A stretch of 46,118 nt of DNA, from IMG/VR virus record IMGVR_UViG_3300048848_000044, positions 1 to 46,118 of that record; one strand, written 5' to 3'. Position 1 is the stretch's first letter, and the number at the start of each line of letters is the position of its first letter. The notes under the pieces are model-generated. The model was not told the DNA's origin. It did not search any database and was given only the letters and a program-made list of their open reading frames with translations. The stretch is from a virus. Made by a program: the position numbers and the translations under genes. Positions 9,290-18,726 of this stretch are shown one piece after another.

Positions 9290-9697
9290 TTACAGGTCGA
9301 GCGTCTTCGGCTCGCCCTGGCCTTCGGGGCGGGTAACGCCCACCTTCATGCGCCAGAGGCCGGCCTTTGTCTTGTTCTTCGTAGCCGCGTGGAGGTCGGG
9401 GTTCCAAGCGACGCCGGCCGCGTCGGTTTCGGCGCCAGCGCTCTCGCCGCCGTCCTGGCCGTTGTTCGTCGGCGGGATCGCGGGAGCGGCGTTGTCGACC
9501 GCAGCGGCGCGATTGTTTTCGGTATTGACGGGTGCCGGCTTCGCGCCGCCCTTCACCTTACCGCCAACGCTCCAGCCGGCCGGCACGTCGCCTTCGGCAT
9601 CGAACGACTGGCCTTCACCGTTGGGGCCAGTAGCCCACTGCGGCCAATCCTGGTGAACGTAGGGCTTGCCTTCGTCCTTGGGAAGCAATTCGGTCAT
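9290..9697 (-). CDS. Small virion-module protein with a DAAGV-W...H-x-x-TK-x-KTKAGLWRMKVGVTRP module; C-terminus TLDL
   Basis: 135-aa ORF with SD GGAGAAAG upstream. Shares a ~35-aa module with gene 33080-33784, including 41 identical nt. Confidence 0.65.
   Translation of the reverse strand: MTELLPKDEGKPYVHQDWPQWATGPNGEGQSFDAEGDVPAGWSVGGKVKGGAKPAPVNTENNRAAAVDNAAPAIPPTNNGQDGGESAGAETDAAGVAWNPDLHAATKNKTKAGLWRMKVGVTRPEGQGEPKTLDL
9327..9367. repeat. 41-nt perfect inverted repeat, arm 1 (partner 33362-33402)
   Basis: The reverse complement equals AAGGCCGGCCTCTGGCGCATGAAGGTGGGCGTTACCCGCCC. Confidence 0.9.
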
Positions 9698-9721
9698 TTT
9701 ACTTTCTCCTTCGGGTTGAAC

Positions 9722-10336
9722 TTATGCAGCCTTGCCGCGCAAGAAAACGGCGGGGTTCGCCGGTTGCGTGTACGTCGTGAGGCTTGTCGAAAACAAAAGC
9801 TGAATTCCGGCGCCAAAACGGTCCGGGATATTGTCGATGGGCATAGCCGCCGTAGCGCCAGCCGCAACCGCGACGACGTTCAGCACAAGCGCCGCCGTGA
9901 GAGCCGCACCGGCAGCGGGGGCGGCGGCAGCATTGTAAGCAATCAGGAAGCCAGCCGTTGCCCCGGCTGTAATCGACGCGCTGACAAGGTTGCCGGCTGT
10001 CCCCTTAAGCTGGAGCTGGAAAGCGCCTTGTGCCACGAGAGGGACGACGGCAGCGGCGGCAGCGGCCGAAGCGGCGCGGACGAAATACGTTCCCGAAGTG
10101 TCGCCTCGCTGGCGATCCCAGGTTGTGCCGTTGAAGACGTAGCCACGGGCGACGACGGATTGCTTGTCCGCAGTAGCCGAAACCGCCGAGCCGTCCGCGT
10201 TGTCGGCCGCGAGAGCCGGCGACGTACCGCCCGCGCCATAGGTGACGGTAACTTGCAGCCTGCCGTTGCCGTCGGTTTTCACTTGCTGCGGGACGTTCCC
10301 CGTAGGGTTTACGCCGTGGATTACTGCCTGCGACAT
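9722..10336 (-). CDS. Ala/Gly-rich capsid-associated protein (decoration/cement candidate)
   Basis: 204 aa from ATG 10336 with SD AGGAAGGA. Lies immediately after the leaky terminator that follows the MCP gene. Confidence 0.5.
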   Translation of the reverse strand: MSQAVIHGVNPTGNVPQQVKTDGNGRLQVTVTYGAGGTSPALAADNADGSAVSATADKQSVVARGYVFNGTTWDRQRGDTSGTYFVRAASAAAAAAVVPLVAQGAFQLQLKGTAGNLVSASITAGATAGFLIAYNAAAAPAAGAALTAALVLNVVAVAAGATAAMPIDNIPDRFGAGIQLLFSTSLTTYTQPANPAVFLRGKAA

Positions 10337-10353
10337 TCTAAATTCCTTCCTGG

Positions 10354-10389
10354 AAAACAAAAACCCCCTGGCTCGGGTGAACCAGGGGG
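10354..10389 (-). terminator. Rho-independent terminator after the major capsid gene
   Basis: On the minus strand: CCCCCTGG-10 nt loop-CCAGGGGG followed by TTTTTGTTTT. Confidence 0.75.
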
Positions 10390-10428
10390 TTTCCGTCCAC
10401 CCGAACCCGGAGAACTAGGCCGGCCGAA

Positions 10429-11748
10429 TTAGAACGCCGCGCCGCCGTTGATGCGGACCGCTGCCCGGCGATTGCGGATATTCGCGTTCAGCGCCACGTC
10501 GAAGCGGACCGAATGCGCGCCCGTGTAGAAATCGCTCCACTGCCACATGCGGACGGTGATCGGAATACGCGAGAGCTTCTTGCGCATGGCGATGCCCGTC
10601 GCCGGCATGATAAGCGGAATGGTGTCGACCACCACCGCGTCCTTGCCGAGAATGAGACGCTGACCGAAAGCGGTATTCGGGGCGCCCATGAACGTCACCG
10701 GGGCAGCGTTGGCGGGAGCCGCCGTCACCGTGCCGTGCGCGCTGTTGATGTTGATGTTGTCGCCAGCGCCCGAGCCGGGGACGATCATCGCCGGGAAAAT
10801 CCGGACAGTCGCGGCGCCAGCACCGTCGGCCACGAAATCGTCAACGAGCGTGAACTGCTGGAGACGCGAGGGATTGACGGGAGCCTGCTTCCGCTGATCG
10901 AAGGCGAAGACGCCGCCAATCGTGAAAACGTCGCCCTTCTTACCCGTTGCGCCCGCGCCAAGGCCGGCGAGGTTCAACGTCTGCGAAAGGAACTGACCGT
11001 TCGCGGCCGAAATTGCCACGGCGGCATAATTGACGTTCTGCGCAGCACCGGCCACGGTTCCGCCCGTCGCAACACGGGTGCCCGTGGTGAACGTCGGAAG
11101 CTGGTTGGTGAATTCGGTCGGCAAGCCGGCCACTTCCGAACGCCAGCCGCGCTTGTAAGTGTCCGTCGCCATGCCGGAAAGAGCGGCCTTGTTGATAACG
11201 CTGTCGCCCAGCGCGCCACGGTCGTAGTGCGTGAGGATCGCCTTCATATCGCTGTCGGCCACGCCTTCTTCCTTGAGGCGCGTGATACCCATCGCCACGT
11301 CGGCGTAGTTGGCGATGACGTTGCCGATAACGCCAGTCTGGTTGTTCGCAGCGGTCGCCGCAATACCGATGATATAGGCGTCGATCTGCTCGGCCATGCT
11401 GGTCGCCGCGCCGGTCAGTGCCTTGCTCTCGCGAGCCGCGCCGATATCGCGGATTTTGACGAAATCGCCCCAGCCCATGTTCGCGTTGAACGTGCCGTCA
11501 ATCGTGAACTGCTCGGAACCGAACACGGCGCCGTCGGTGCCGGCCGACAAATCCTTGACGCCGTTCTGCGTGCGCGTGATCTTGAAGCGCGGTGCGACCT
11601 GCTCGACGACGGTGAGCTTGTTCGTGTCGTCCAGCTCGCCCGAATGCTCGTTCCACGAAACGGCATCGCCCGAAACCAGATTGTCTTCGAAAAGCATCAC
11701 GAACGTATTCATGACGAGCTTGGCTTGATCGACTGTAACGGAACCCAT
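10429..11748 (-). CDS. Major capsid protein (P22-coat-like size and organisation)
   Basis: 439 aa from ATG 11748 with SD AAGGAAAGGGG. Follows portal and scaffold and is followed by a strong terminator. Its length and Gly/Ala/Thr-rich composition fit a coat protein with an insertion domain. Confidence 0.8.
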   Translation of the reverse strand: MGSVTVDQAKLVMNTFVMLFEDNLVSGDAVSWNEHSGELDDTNKLTVVEQVAPRFKITRTQNGVKDLSAGTDGAVFGSEQFTIDGTFNANMGWGDFVKIRDIGAARESKALTGAATSMAEQIDAYIIGIAATAANNQTGVIGNVIANYADVAMGITRLKEEGVADSDMKAILTHYDRGALGDSVINKAALSGMATDTYKRGWRSEVAGLPTEFTNQLPTFTTGTRVATGGTVAGAAQNVNYAAVAISAANGQFLSQTLNLAGLGAGATGKKGDVFTIGGVFAFDQRKQAPVNPSRLQQFTLVDDFVADGAGAATVRIFPAMIVPGSGAGDNININSAHGTVTAAPANAAPVTFMGAPNTAFGQRLILGKDAVVVDTIPLIMPATGIAMRKKLSRIPITVRMWQWSDFYTGAHSVRFDVALNANIRNRRAAVRINGGAAF

Positions 11749-11804
11749 GGGGAACCCCTTTCCTTGGTTGAACACTGAAACCGAAGGGGCTCCCCCGGCT
11801 TCAA

Positions 11805-12917
11805 TTACTTATCCTTGTAGAACAACTTTCGGAAGTCATCGAGATTATCCGTGTCCGCTCGGATCGGATTACTCGCATTTCGTCCCGAAGGCGCATTCGA
11901 CGGCGGGGGCGTAGCGGCCCGGGGCTTGTGCCGAGCCTTTGGCTTCGCCGCCGTAATTTCCGCATCCTTTTCCGCGACGTACTTCAATTGCTGGAAAGGA
12001 GAGAGCTGGGAAACCCGGAGAGCTTCGGCTTTGTCCTTCGCCAGCGCGTAAAGGATCGCGGGGCCATTGTCGGCGTCGGCTGCGGCGGTGAACGTGGTTT
12101 CCGTAAGCTGCCAATCCCCCTTCAAACCGCCTTCGACCACAAGGGTTTCGAAGTCGTCGAATTGGTCGGCGCCGGCTTCGGTCAACAAGTCCGCCTTGGA
12201 ACGAAGGTTGGTCAGGTGTTCAGTTACCCGAGCTTCCTCCGCTTGCTCCTTTTCGGTCTGGAGCCTGCCGTTGAGTGCCTTCGCCACCTTCTGGTCGGCG
12301 GTCCACTCAATCATGTCGGTAATGAACCCGTCGTCGAGGACGCCAAGCGGGTATTTCGTCGCGTCGCTAGGGTCGGGACGTTCGCTCGTATCCGCAGAAT
12401 TATCACCGGCCTTCGGAGTTGTCGAGCCCCCATTTTCCAGGGCAGCAATCCGCTGCTCCATCGTTACCCGGGCGGCGCGTTCCTCGCGAACACTGCGCTT
12501 CAAATCGCGGATATACTGCGCTGTGTCCCGCTTCTTCGGCTTCGGCTTATCGCCCTGGCCTTCCTCCCCATCCGGGGTATCGTCGCGGTTCTGGTCGCCC
12601 TCGTCGCCTTCCTCGCCTTCGTTTCCCGCGTCAGGGGCAGCACCACCATCCGCACCGCCCGACTTGTCCGCGTCGGCGTCGTCGCCGTTTCCCGCGTCGT
12701 CGGGGATATCCTGCGTGGCGCCCCGGCCGCGCTGTTCGGGATCGCGGTTATCGTCGCCGGCCATCTTGTCCGCCGCACTGGCGAAGCCCGCGCCGACTTC
12801 AATACCGTCGTCGCCCGTCGCGCCGCCCTGCTCGTTGTCGTCCTTAAGCACCCGTCCCCGCAGGAACGTCGTCGAGAGATAGAGCGACTTGCGCTTTCCC
12901 CGTCCGAAAATCTTCAT
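11805..12917 (-). CDS. Scaffolding protein
   Basis: 370 aa between portal and MCP. Extremely acidic low-complexity N-terminal half, then predicted helical/coiled-coil regions. Confidence 0.65.
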   Translation of the reverse strand: MKIFGRGKRKSLYLSTTFLRGRVLKDDNEQGGATGDDGIEVGAGFASAADKMAGDDNRDPEQRGRGATQDIPDDAGNGDDADADKSGGADGGAAPDAGNEGEEGDEGDQNRDDTPDGEEGQGDKPKPKKRDTAQYIRDLKRSVREERAARVTMEQRIAALENGGSTTPKAGDNSADTSERPDPSDATKYPLGVLDDGFITDMIEWTADQKVAKALNGRLQTEKEQAEEARVTEHLTNLRSKADLLTEAGADQFDDFETLVVEGGLKGDWQLTETTFTAAADADNGPAILYALAKDKAEALRVSQLSPFQQLKYVAEKDAEITAAKPKARHKPRAATPPPSNAPSGRNASNPIRADTDNLDDFRKLFYKDK

Positions 12918-15044
12918 TTACTGTTCTCCGTTGGTTTTGCCCGGTTGGGCGGTCTTACTCGCATTGACGGCGAGATTTGCTAGGTCGCGCATTTCGGCAT
13001 GGTCCTGCCGACGATCCTCGTCCTGAATTGCGTTGTGCTGATCGTAGGCGGCGAGAACTTGCGACACGTCGCGGTCCTCGTTTTTGCTGTCCACGTCCAG
13101 GCGGCGGCTTTGCGCGTCCATCTGCGCTTTGTAGGCGTTGGCGCGTGCGGCTTCCGCTTGCGCGAGACGAAGGTTCGCCTGCGCTTCGGTATTCTTGAGC
13201 GTGACGGTAGCATTCGCCATTTCGAGCTGCTGCGCCTGCGCCTGCTGCTGTTGGTTCGCCTGCATAGCCTGCTGCTCTTCCGGCGTCATTTCGTCGACCG
13301 GAATTGTTCCCGGGGGCAGCATCATCCGGAAGCGCTTCGCAAATTCGTCCGCCTTCGGCCAATCCTGCGCCTCTGCCACAAGGTCCATGACGGCGGCGCC
13401 GGCCTGCGGGATCGCATTTACGAAAGCCATCATTTGTTCGGCTGCGAGCGTGCGCTTGGTTTGCGTTGCCGGGCCGACGCTGACCGTAATTCCGTACTTG
13501 CCCACGGTTACGTCGCTCTCGGGGTTCGTCGGATCGTTCAGTAGCGCCATGACGCTTTTCCCGTCGCGGCCGACAATTGCGACCATGCGTTGCGTGTCGT
13601 AAATATACGGGATCAGCTCATTGATATTTTTCGCGCACCGTTCATCCGCCAGACGCAGACGGTCATGGTAGACGAAGCTCCCCAGGTCGGAAACCATTTG
13701 CCGCTGCTGGATGGCCTTGCCGGAAACTTCGTTGCCGTTCTGCCCCAGGCTCGCTTCGTGGATATTGGAAATATCCTTCAAGTCCTGCATGGACGCGAGC
13801 GTTTCGTTCATCAGGCCGGCGTCAACGCCCGGGGGCGGGATATGCTCGGGCTTCGTTTCCCCGTCATTGTAGAACATGAACGGATCGTCGGAATTTGCCG
13901 AACGCCTCCAGCGCGCTTCGTGGCCGCGAACGGCTTCGGGCGTCGTCAGCCACTTATTGCGCGGCGCGGCGACGAGCTGTTCAGCCTGCATCGAGCGCCA
14001 GTAATTATGCAAGCGCTGCGGGTCTTTCAGGAACCGGATCAGGCCAAAGCGGTGCAGCGTTTCCCCGTCCGAAATTTCCCAACCGGGAACGCGATAAATC
14101 GGGATCGACGAAATCGGGTAATCGAACGGACCTTCCAGCACGTCTTTCCCGCTGCAAATATAGAGACGAGCGAAACGGTTGGGAATTTCCCGGGTGTAGG
14201 GCGTGCCGTCGTCGCGCACTTCGACTTCGTTGATATACTCGTATTCTTCCAAGCCGGTTACGTCGTGCGTCGTGCCGTCCTGCATGAGCGCAAGCGTCTT
14301 CATGCCTTCCGTCACCATGCGCCAATAGCTGACGACGCGCACCGTGTCTTCGTCGAGCCAATAGCCCGTCTGGTTCCACGCCGTACTATCGGCAAACGAC
14401 GTTTCCGCCGCCCACGGCCAGCGCGCCTTGAAATCCTTGCGCGGCATGTCTTCTTCGACCCAGCCGAAACGCGCATCACCGCCCGACGGCTCGACAGAAA
14501 GCGGATCGAACGTCGCGGCGTAGGGATCGGGGATATGGCCGATAGAAATCTGCTGTTCGAATACGTCGTCGCCGGCATAGTCGATTTTCAGGCAGAACGC
14601 GCCCTGCCCGCCGATAACCTGATATTTCAGGGCTTCGTCGCGAGCGAGGTCAGCTTGGGAATTCTTGTAGATCGAGCGAATGAGCGCTTCCCGCAGCTCG
14701 GCTTGCGGCTTCGTGCCTGCCTTGTCGGGCCACACGCGGATTTCCGTTTCGTTCATCAGGCGATTGCCGACGATTTGCGCCATGAAGGCGACGAGACGGT
14801 TGAAGGTCAGGACGGGCTTGCGCTGCGCCTTGCGACGCTGGCGAACGACTTCTTCCCACTGCTCGCCAACGGTAAACTTCGCGTCTTCCTGGCCGGCGTC
14901 CTGGTTGTGCTGGTTGAAAGACTTGGCGCTCTCGTAGCGCTCCCGCATTTCCTTTAGGAAATCTTCGGCATCGTCATAGCCCGACGGCGTTTTTGCCCGC
15001 GTCGCGGCGTTCGGGTCTTTCTCAAGTCCTTGAACCCAAGCCAT
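12918..15044 (-). CDS. Portal protein
   Basis: 708 aa, directly downstream of TerL and upstream of scaffold and MCP. Gln/Ala-rich helical C-terminal tail (EEQQAMQANQQQQAQAQQLEMANA...) like the barrel of P22-type portals. Confidence 0.85.
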   Translation of the reverse strand: MAWVQGLEKDPNAATRAKTPSGYDDAEDFLKEMRERYESAKSFNQHNQDAGQEDAKFTVGEQWEEVVRQRRKAQRKPVLTFNRLVAFMAQIVGNRLMNETEIRVWPDKAGTKPQAELREALIRSIYKNSQADLARDEALKYQVIGGQGAFCLKIDYAGDDVFEQQISIGHIPDPYAATFDPLSVEPSGGDARFGWVEEDMPRKDFKARWPWAAETSFADSTAWNQTGYWLDEDTVRVVSYWRMVTEGMKTLALMQDGTTHDVTGLEEYEYINEVEVRDDGTPYTREIPNRFARLYICSGKDVLEGPFDYPISSIPIYRVPGWEISDGETLHRFGLIRFLKDPQRLHNYWRSMQAEQLVAAPRNKWLTTPEAVRGHEARWRRSANSDDPFMFYNDGETKPEHIPPPGVDAGLMNETLASMQDLKDISNIHEASLGQNGNEVSGKAIQQRQMVSDLGSFVYHDRLRLADERCAKNINELIPYIYDTQRMVAIVGRDGKSVMALLNDPTNPESDVTVGKYGITVSVGPATQTKRTLAAEQMMAFVNAIPQAGAAVMDLVAEAQDWPKADEFAKRFRMMLPPGTIPVDEMTPEEQQAMQANQQQQAQAQQLEMANATVTLKNTEAQANLRLAQAEAARANAYKAQMDAQSRRLDVDSKNEDRDVSQVLAAYDQHNAIQDEDRRQDHAEMRDLANLAVNASKTAQPGKTNGEQ

Positions 15045-15050
15045 CGTAAA

Positions 15051-16838
15051 TTATCCCATCCAGCCGGTATCGCAATCCTCAAGCGGATCGTACCCCGAAA
15101 AAACATAAAACCCGTCGTTGTCCCCAACGCCGGCCGCGTCTACCCGGGTAAGCGTCCCGGCCTCAAAGCTCTTCTGAACTTTGGGCTTCGACCATGTATC
15201 AAAGAATTCCTTGACTGCAAAGGTCAGCGCGAGGCTATCGCCTTCGTCTGGACTGCGGACGCCGCGCCCCTTCATGTCCACCTTGCTCTCAAGTAACCAA
15301 TCGTTATTCGCCCGGAATTTTTCCTTCGGAGCCGACAAGTCGGAAGCAAGACTGTCCTCGTCGGGGATCGCGCCGCCTTCCTTGAGCCAATCGCGCATGT
15401 CTCCCCACATTTCGGCCCGCTTGTTTACTGGCCCGGCGCGCTTCGGATTAGAGAGCTTCGCCTTGGAAGTGCCGCCGAAGTCTATGCCCTTTACTATCGA
15501 AGCATATTTTGGGTTCATATTGCGAAGCGCGGTGACTAGGTATGCGCCAATATTGCCCCGGTCAATACACATGCGGGAGGGCTTATCAGTGTCCAGGATA
15601 CGGGAAAGCCACGCTAGGGCTTCCTCTTGCTCCAGCTTGTTCCGCGCCTGGACCTTGTAGCACAAATCCCCCCGGCGCCACGCGACCGAGAAACGGTCCC
15701 CGCCGCCCCCGGCCGGGTCGACGCCGATAATCAGCGGCGCGTCGGGCATTTCGACCTTGCGCTTGCGGGCGCGCATGACCGTCGCCGCCTTGATGAAAAT
15801 CCCGTCAGTGTCGGCCGACGCAAACGCTTCCGTCACGTCGATAGGGTATTCCTGCCGGAATTTGCCCGATGATCCCAGCTCGTGGATTTTCGAACGGCGC
15901 CACAACATTTGGCTATCCGTAAGCTGGTGCATTTCCTGGTATTCGGCTTCGGGCAGCTCGCCGTCTTCCTCCGCTTCGGGCTCGGGATAGAATTCGCCTT
16001 GCTCGCGATATTCTCGCTGGACGATCCACGGCACGAAGACGGAGCGATAGCGGCCCTTCCCCTTCATCGCGTCCATATAGCGGTTGTAGAATTCGCCCAC
16101 GGGGCCGGCCGACGTAGTTTCCAGCCAGATTTCAGACGGCGGCTTTACCCAACCGATAATGATTTCAGGGCCGCGCATTTCGAACGGCAGCGGGTTCGCC
16201 GGCCGGCGCCATAGCACGCCCTTTTCGCCGCGCACTTCATCCACGCCCTGGACCGACGACGAAAAGTGGTCCGAAGCGTTCGGCCACCATGCGACTTCCG
16301 AGCCGTGGAAGAACGAAATAGCGCCGCCGCGCCCGCCCGCCTTCTGACCGGCCGTAGCAACCGAATAGCTGGACCCGCGCTTGGCGAATTCCAGCGTCTT
16401 CGCGTTGTCGGTGCCGACTTGCGGCGGAAACGGGTTTTTCTGCTGCATCAGGTCGACCATGCCGAAAAGCGTTTCGGTCGCCTTCTGCTCGTGCGTCAGA
16501 ATGTAGATATTTTGCCGGTCCCACAAAGTCGCCCGCCAGTATCCCCGGGCGGCGACGTAGGTGGAAAATCCCTGCCGTCGACCCTTGAGGCCGGCAAGGC
16601 GCACCCACCCTTCGGCGTCCAGCATCGTTTCGGCGGCGTCGTGCAGAATATTTTGCGCTTCGTTAAGTATCAGCGGCTCCAGGTCGCCGGTCTTCGTGCG
16701 GATGCGGATCACGTCACGGCAAAACAGGTGAAAGCCGGTTTCGTCCTGTTTCCACTGCGCGGCCTTGTGCGTTAGGTAGCGGGCGCGGACTTCATCCGTC
16801 GAAATCCCGTAATCCGCCGCTAATTTTGGAATATCCAC
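15051..16838 (-). CDS. terL: Terminase large subunit
   Basis: 595 aa with a GTG start. Walker A-like GLKGRRQGFST, then YILTHE and FFHGSEVAWW ATPase motifs. C-terminal nuclease region with IIGVDPAGGGGDRFSV. Confidence 0.9.
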   Translation of the reverse strand: MDIPKLAADYGISTDEVRARYLTHKAAQWKQDETGFHLFCRDVIRIRTKTGDLEPLILNEAQNILHDAAETMLDAEGWVRLAGLKGRRQGFSTYVAARGYWRATLWDRQNIYILTHEQKATETLFGMVDLMQQKNPFPPQVGTDNAKTLEFAKRGSSYSVATAGQKAGGRGGAISFFHGSEVAWWPNASDHFSSSVQGVDEVRGEKGVLWRRPANPLPFEMRGPEIIIGWVKPPSEIWLETTSAGPVGEFYNRYMDAMKGKGRYRSVFVPWIVQREYREQGEFYPEPEAEEDGELPEAEYQEMHQLTDSQMLWRRSKIHELGSSGKFRQEYPIDVTEAFASADTDGIFIKAATVMRARKRKVEMPDAPLIIGVDPAGGGGDRFSVAWRRGDLCYKVQARNKLEQEEALAWLSRILDTDKPSRMCIDRGNIGAYLVTALRNMNPKYASIVKGIDFGGTSKAKLSNPKRAGPVNKRAEMWGDMRDWLKEGGAIPDEDSLASDLSAPKEKFRANNDWLLESKVDMKGRGVRSPDEGDSLALTFAVKEFFDTWSKPKVQKSFEAGTLTRVDAAGVGDNDGFYVFSGYDPLEDCDTGWMG

Positions 16839-16852
16839 CCGCTACCCTTTTC

Positions 16853-17065
16853 TTACTTGCCGTCGCTGCGAATTCGGTCCGCCGCGTCGCGGATTTCAAT
16901 GGCCCGAAGGTTCAGCTCTTCCATGCGGGCCATGAGTGCATCGTAAAACAGACGCGAATGATAATGGTCGCGCTCCAGACGGTCGATGCGCTCGTGCATT
17001 TTGGAGTTGTCGACGAAGAGAAATCCGACGCCGATAATCAGAATGAAGAAGACGAAAATTTCCAT
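16853..17065 (-). CDS. Small membrane-anchored coiled-coil protein
   Basis: 70 aa. N-terminal TM segment (IFVFFILIIGVGFLFV) followed by a charged helix. Confidence 0.5.
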   Translation of the reverse strand: MEIFVFFILIIGVGFLFVDNSKMHERIDRLERDHYHSRLFYDALMARMEELNLRAIEIRDAADRIRSDGK

Positions 17066-17067
17066 AG

Positions 17068-17235
17068 CTACTTCCTCCCCGCCGTCCGCAGCGCCGTCGT
17101 AATCAGCTCGATATGCCGCAGGATCGTCTTCCCCAGCTCGCCGGCCGCTGCCCTGCCCGCTTCCTCGCCGGTCGCCGGATCGCTAGCCGTAGCGTGCAGC
17201 TCTTCGATCACAACGGCAAGCCGGGTCATCGCCAT
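17068..17235 (-). CDS. Hypothetical small protein
   Basis: 55 aa (MAMTRLAVVIEELHATAS...), the in-frame tail of track ORF 17068-17568. Fills the gap without overlap. Confidence 0.4.
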   Translation of the reverse strand: MAMTRLAVVIEELHATASDPATGEEAGRAAAGELGKTILRHIELITTALRTAGRK

Positions 17236-17258
17236 GCGCTCGTCGCGCGTCGCCCGCG

Positions 17259-17432
17259 TCAAAGGTCGAAACTCGGCTGATCGGGGGTCGGCTGCGGCCC
17301 GTCCAGCACGTCGGGAACCGAATAGCCGTCCAGCTTGGCTTCCGCCAGCACTTGGGCCATGTCTTCGACGACTTCGCGCTGTTTTTTGCGCAGGAGGTCC
17401 ATTTGACCGCGATAGATATCCAGACTTTTCAT
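17259..17432 (-). CDS. Hypothetical small protein; C-terminus SFDL
   Basis: 57 aa (MKSLDIYRGQMDLLRKKQ...). The ATG overlaps the upstream stop (ATGA). Confidence 0.5.
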   Translation of the reverse strand: MKSLDIYRGQMDLLRKKQREVVEDMAQVLAEAKLDGYSVPDVLDGPQPTPDQPSFDL

Positions 17433-17710
17433 AGATCGTACTCCGAAGCGGCCTTCGCCGCGTAGAAGGCTGCGAATTCGTCTTCCTCTTCGACGGGAGC
17501 CGGCACCGGGGCGGGCTTCGTCGTGGCGATGACAAGCGGGAACATTTCGTCGAACGGCGGGGCGCCAAGCTGCTGCGCTGCGCATTTCAGGTCCGCAATA
17601 ATCCCGGTGCCAAGCCACGGGTAAGATTTGTCACGGGATAGCTGATTTGCCCATGTGTTCAGCCGGCGCCCGAGCCCTTCGGGAATGCCGAATTGCGGAA
17701 GGTCGGCCAT
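17429..17710 (-). CDS. Hypothetical protein; acidic EEEDEFAAF patch and C-terminus SEYDL
   Basis: 93-aa ORF. TGATG overlap with the upstream gene. Confidence 0.6.
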   Translation of the reverse strand: MADLPQFGIPEGLGRRLNTWANQLSRDKSYPWLGTGIIADLKCAAQQLGAPPFDEMFPLVIATTKPAPVPAPVEEEDEFAAFYAAKAASEYDL

Positions 17711-18291
17711 CAGTAATCGCCGCCGCGTGCGTCTTCGTGCCGGCTGCGCAAGCTACCGATACGCTGGCCCGCATCGTTCGCACGTCGCGTTTCATTCTCA
17801 CGCTTCCAGGCACGTTCATGCGTTGCGGAGAATGACGTGTCGAAACGGCCGGGCGTCGGCGGGAATTTGGCGTCGTAGAGCCTTTCCACGTCGCTGCGCA
17901 GAGCGCTTTCCTGGTTCCGCGCGCTATCGTAGAGCGTGAAGAGAATTTCGCGCAGCTTGGCCGGCGAATACTGCGGACCGCTCATTGCGTCCAGGACGTG
18001 TTTTTCCGCGTAGGAGACGGCTTCCGGCATTGCGCGCTCCGGCTGCGGCCGAAGGATCATAGCGCGGAGGTTTTCACGGGCGAGGTCGACATTCAGCGTG
18101 CGTGTCTCTTCGGGGACGAAATCCGCCAGCGCATCGAGCGCCATGCTTGCCACGTCGGAAAATTCCATCAGCAAGTTGGCGACGAATTCGTAGTTGATAT
18201 TCGGGCTCACGTCGCGATCACAGCCGCCGATATAACGGCCGAACCGCTCGTGCGCTTGCTGGAAAGCTAATTCTCGTTTTTGGATAGTCAT
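17710..18291 (-). CDS. Hypothetical protein
   Basis: 193 aa from ATG 18291, preceded by the strong SD GGAAGGAGAA. Confidence 0.65.
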   Translation of the reverse strand: MTIQKRELAFQQAHERFGRYIGGCDRDVSPNINYEFVANLLMEFSDVASMALDALADFVPEETRTLNVDLARENLRAMILRPQPERAMPEAVSYAEKHVLDAMSGPQYSPAKLREILFTLYDSARNQESALRSDVERLYDAKFPPTPGRFDTSFSATHERAWKRENETRRANDAGQRIGSLRSRHEDARGGDY

Positions 18292-18317
18292 TGTGGGTTC
18301 TCCTTCCACGTTGAATT

Positions 18318-18689
18318 TTAGAGGTCGAAAATTATCCCGTCGTCTTCGTCGGGCGGCGGCAGCGCCGGCACGTCGGTCCACTGGCCGTCCATCGGCGCGT
18401 TCTCCAGTCGGGAAATCGCGTCGTCGATAGTAACCGTGCCCGACACGTCAACTTGCGCCGAGCGCTGGACGAGCTTCGGGAAAAGCTTGGTATAGAAGTC
18501 GGTCGGGTTGGTATCGGCCCACGACGCCATACGCTGGAGCCCGCCCATTTGCTCGAAACAGGCCATGACGACGGCGCCGGCATACCGCCCGACATGCTGG
18601 TAGGCTTCGCCCGATATGTGCCCGATTTGGGCCACGGCGCGGCTAGGCGTCAGGTCGGGGAGCGGCAGGGGCGGGAGATCGTTTTGCAT
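18318..18689 (-). CDS. Hypothetical protein (weak resemblance to small terminase-type proteins); C-terminus IFDL
   Basis: 123 aa from ATG 18689. The motif NPTDFYTKLFPKLV is reminiscent of some TerS proteins; this is from memory only. Confidence 0.55.
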   Translation of the reverse strand: MQNDLPPLPLPDLTPSRAVAQIGHISGEAYQHVGRYAGAVVMACFEQMGGLQRMASWADTNPTDFYTKLFPKLVQRSAQVDVSGTVTIDDAISRLENAPMDGQWTDVPALPPPDEDDGIIFDL

Positions 18690-18726
18690 ACTTGTCAATA
18701 CCAAACCGAAGGGGCGCCGTCTAGCT

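Noticed and set aside
9137-10432. Long antisense ORFs opposite real genes: 9137-10432(+), 10513-11778(+), 11928-12983(+), 13590-14957(+), 21134-22366(+), 44247-45854(+), 32915-33871(-), 35145-36368(-) and 34338-35141(-)
   Set aside because: These are shadow ORFs typical of GC-rich DNA. They are Arg/Pro/Gly/Ala-rich and low in complexity, have no SD or coupled starts, and each fully overlaps a gene with recognisable motifs or coherent operon geometry.
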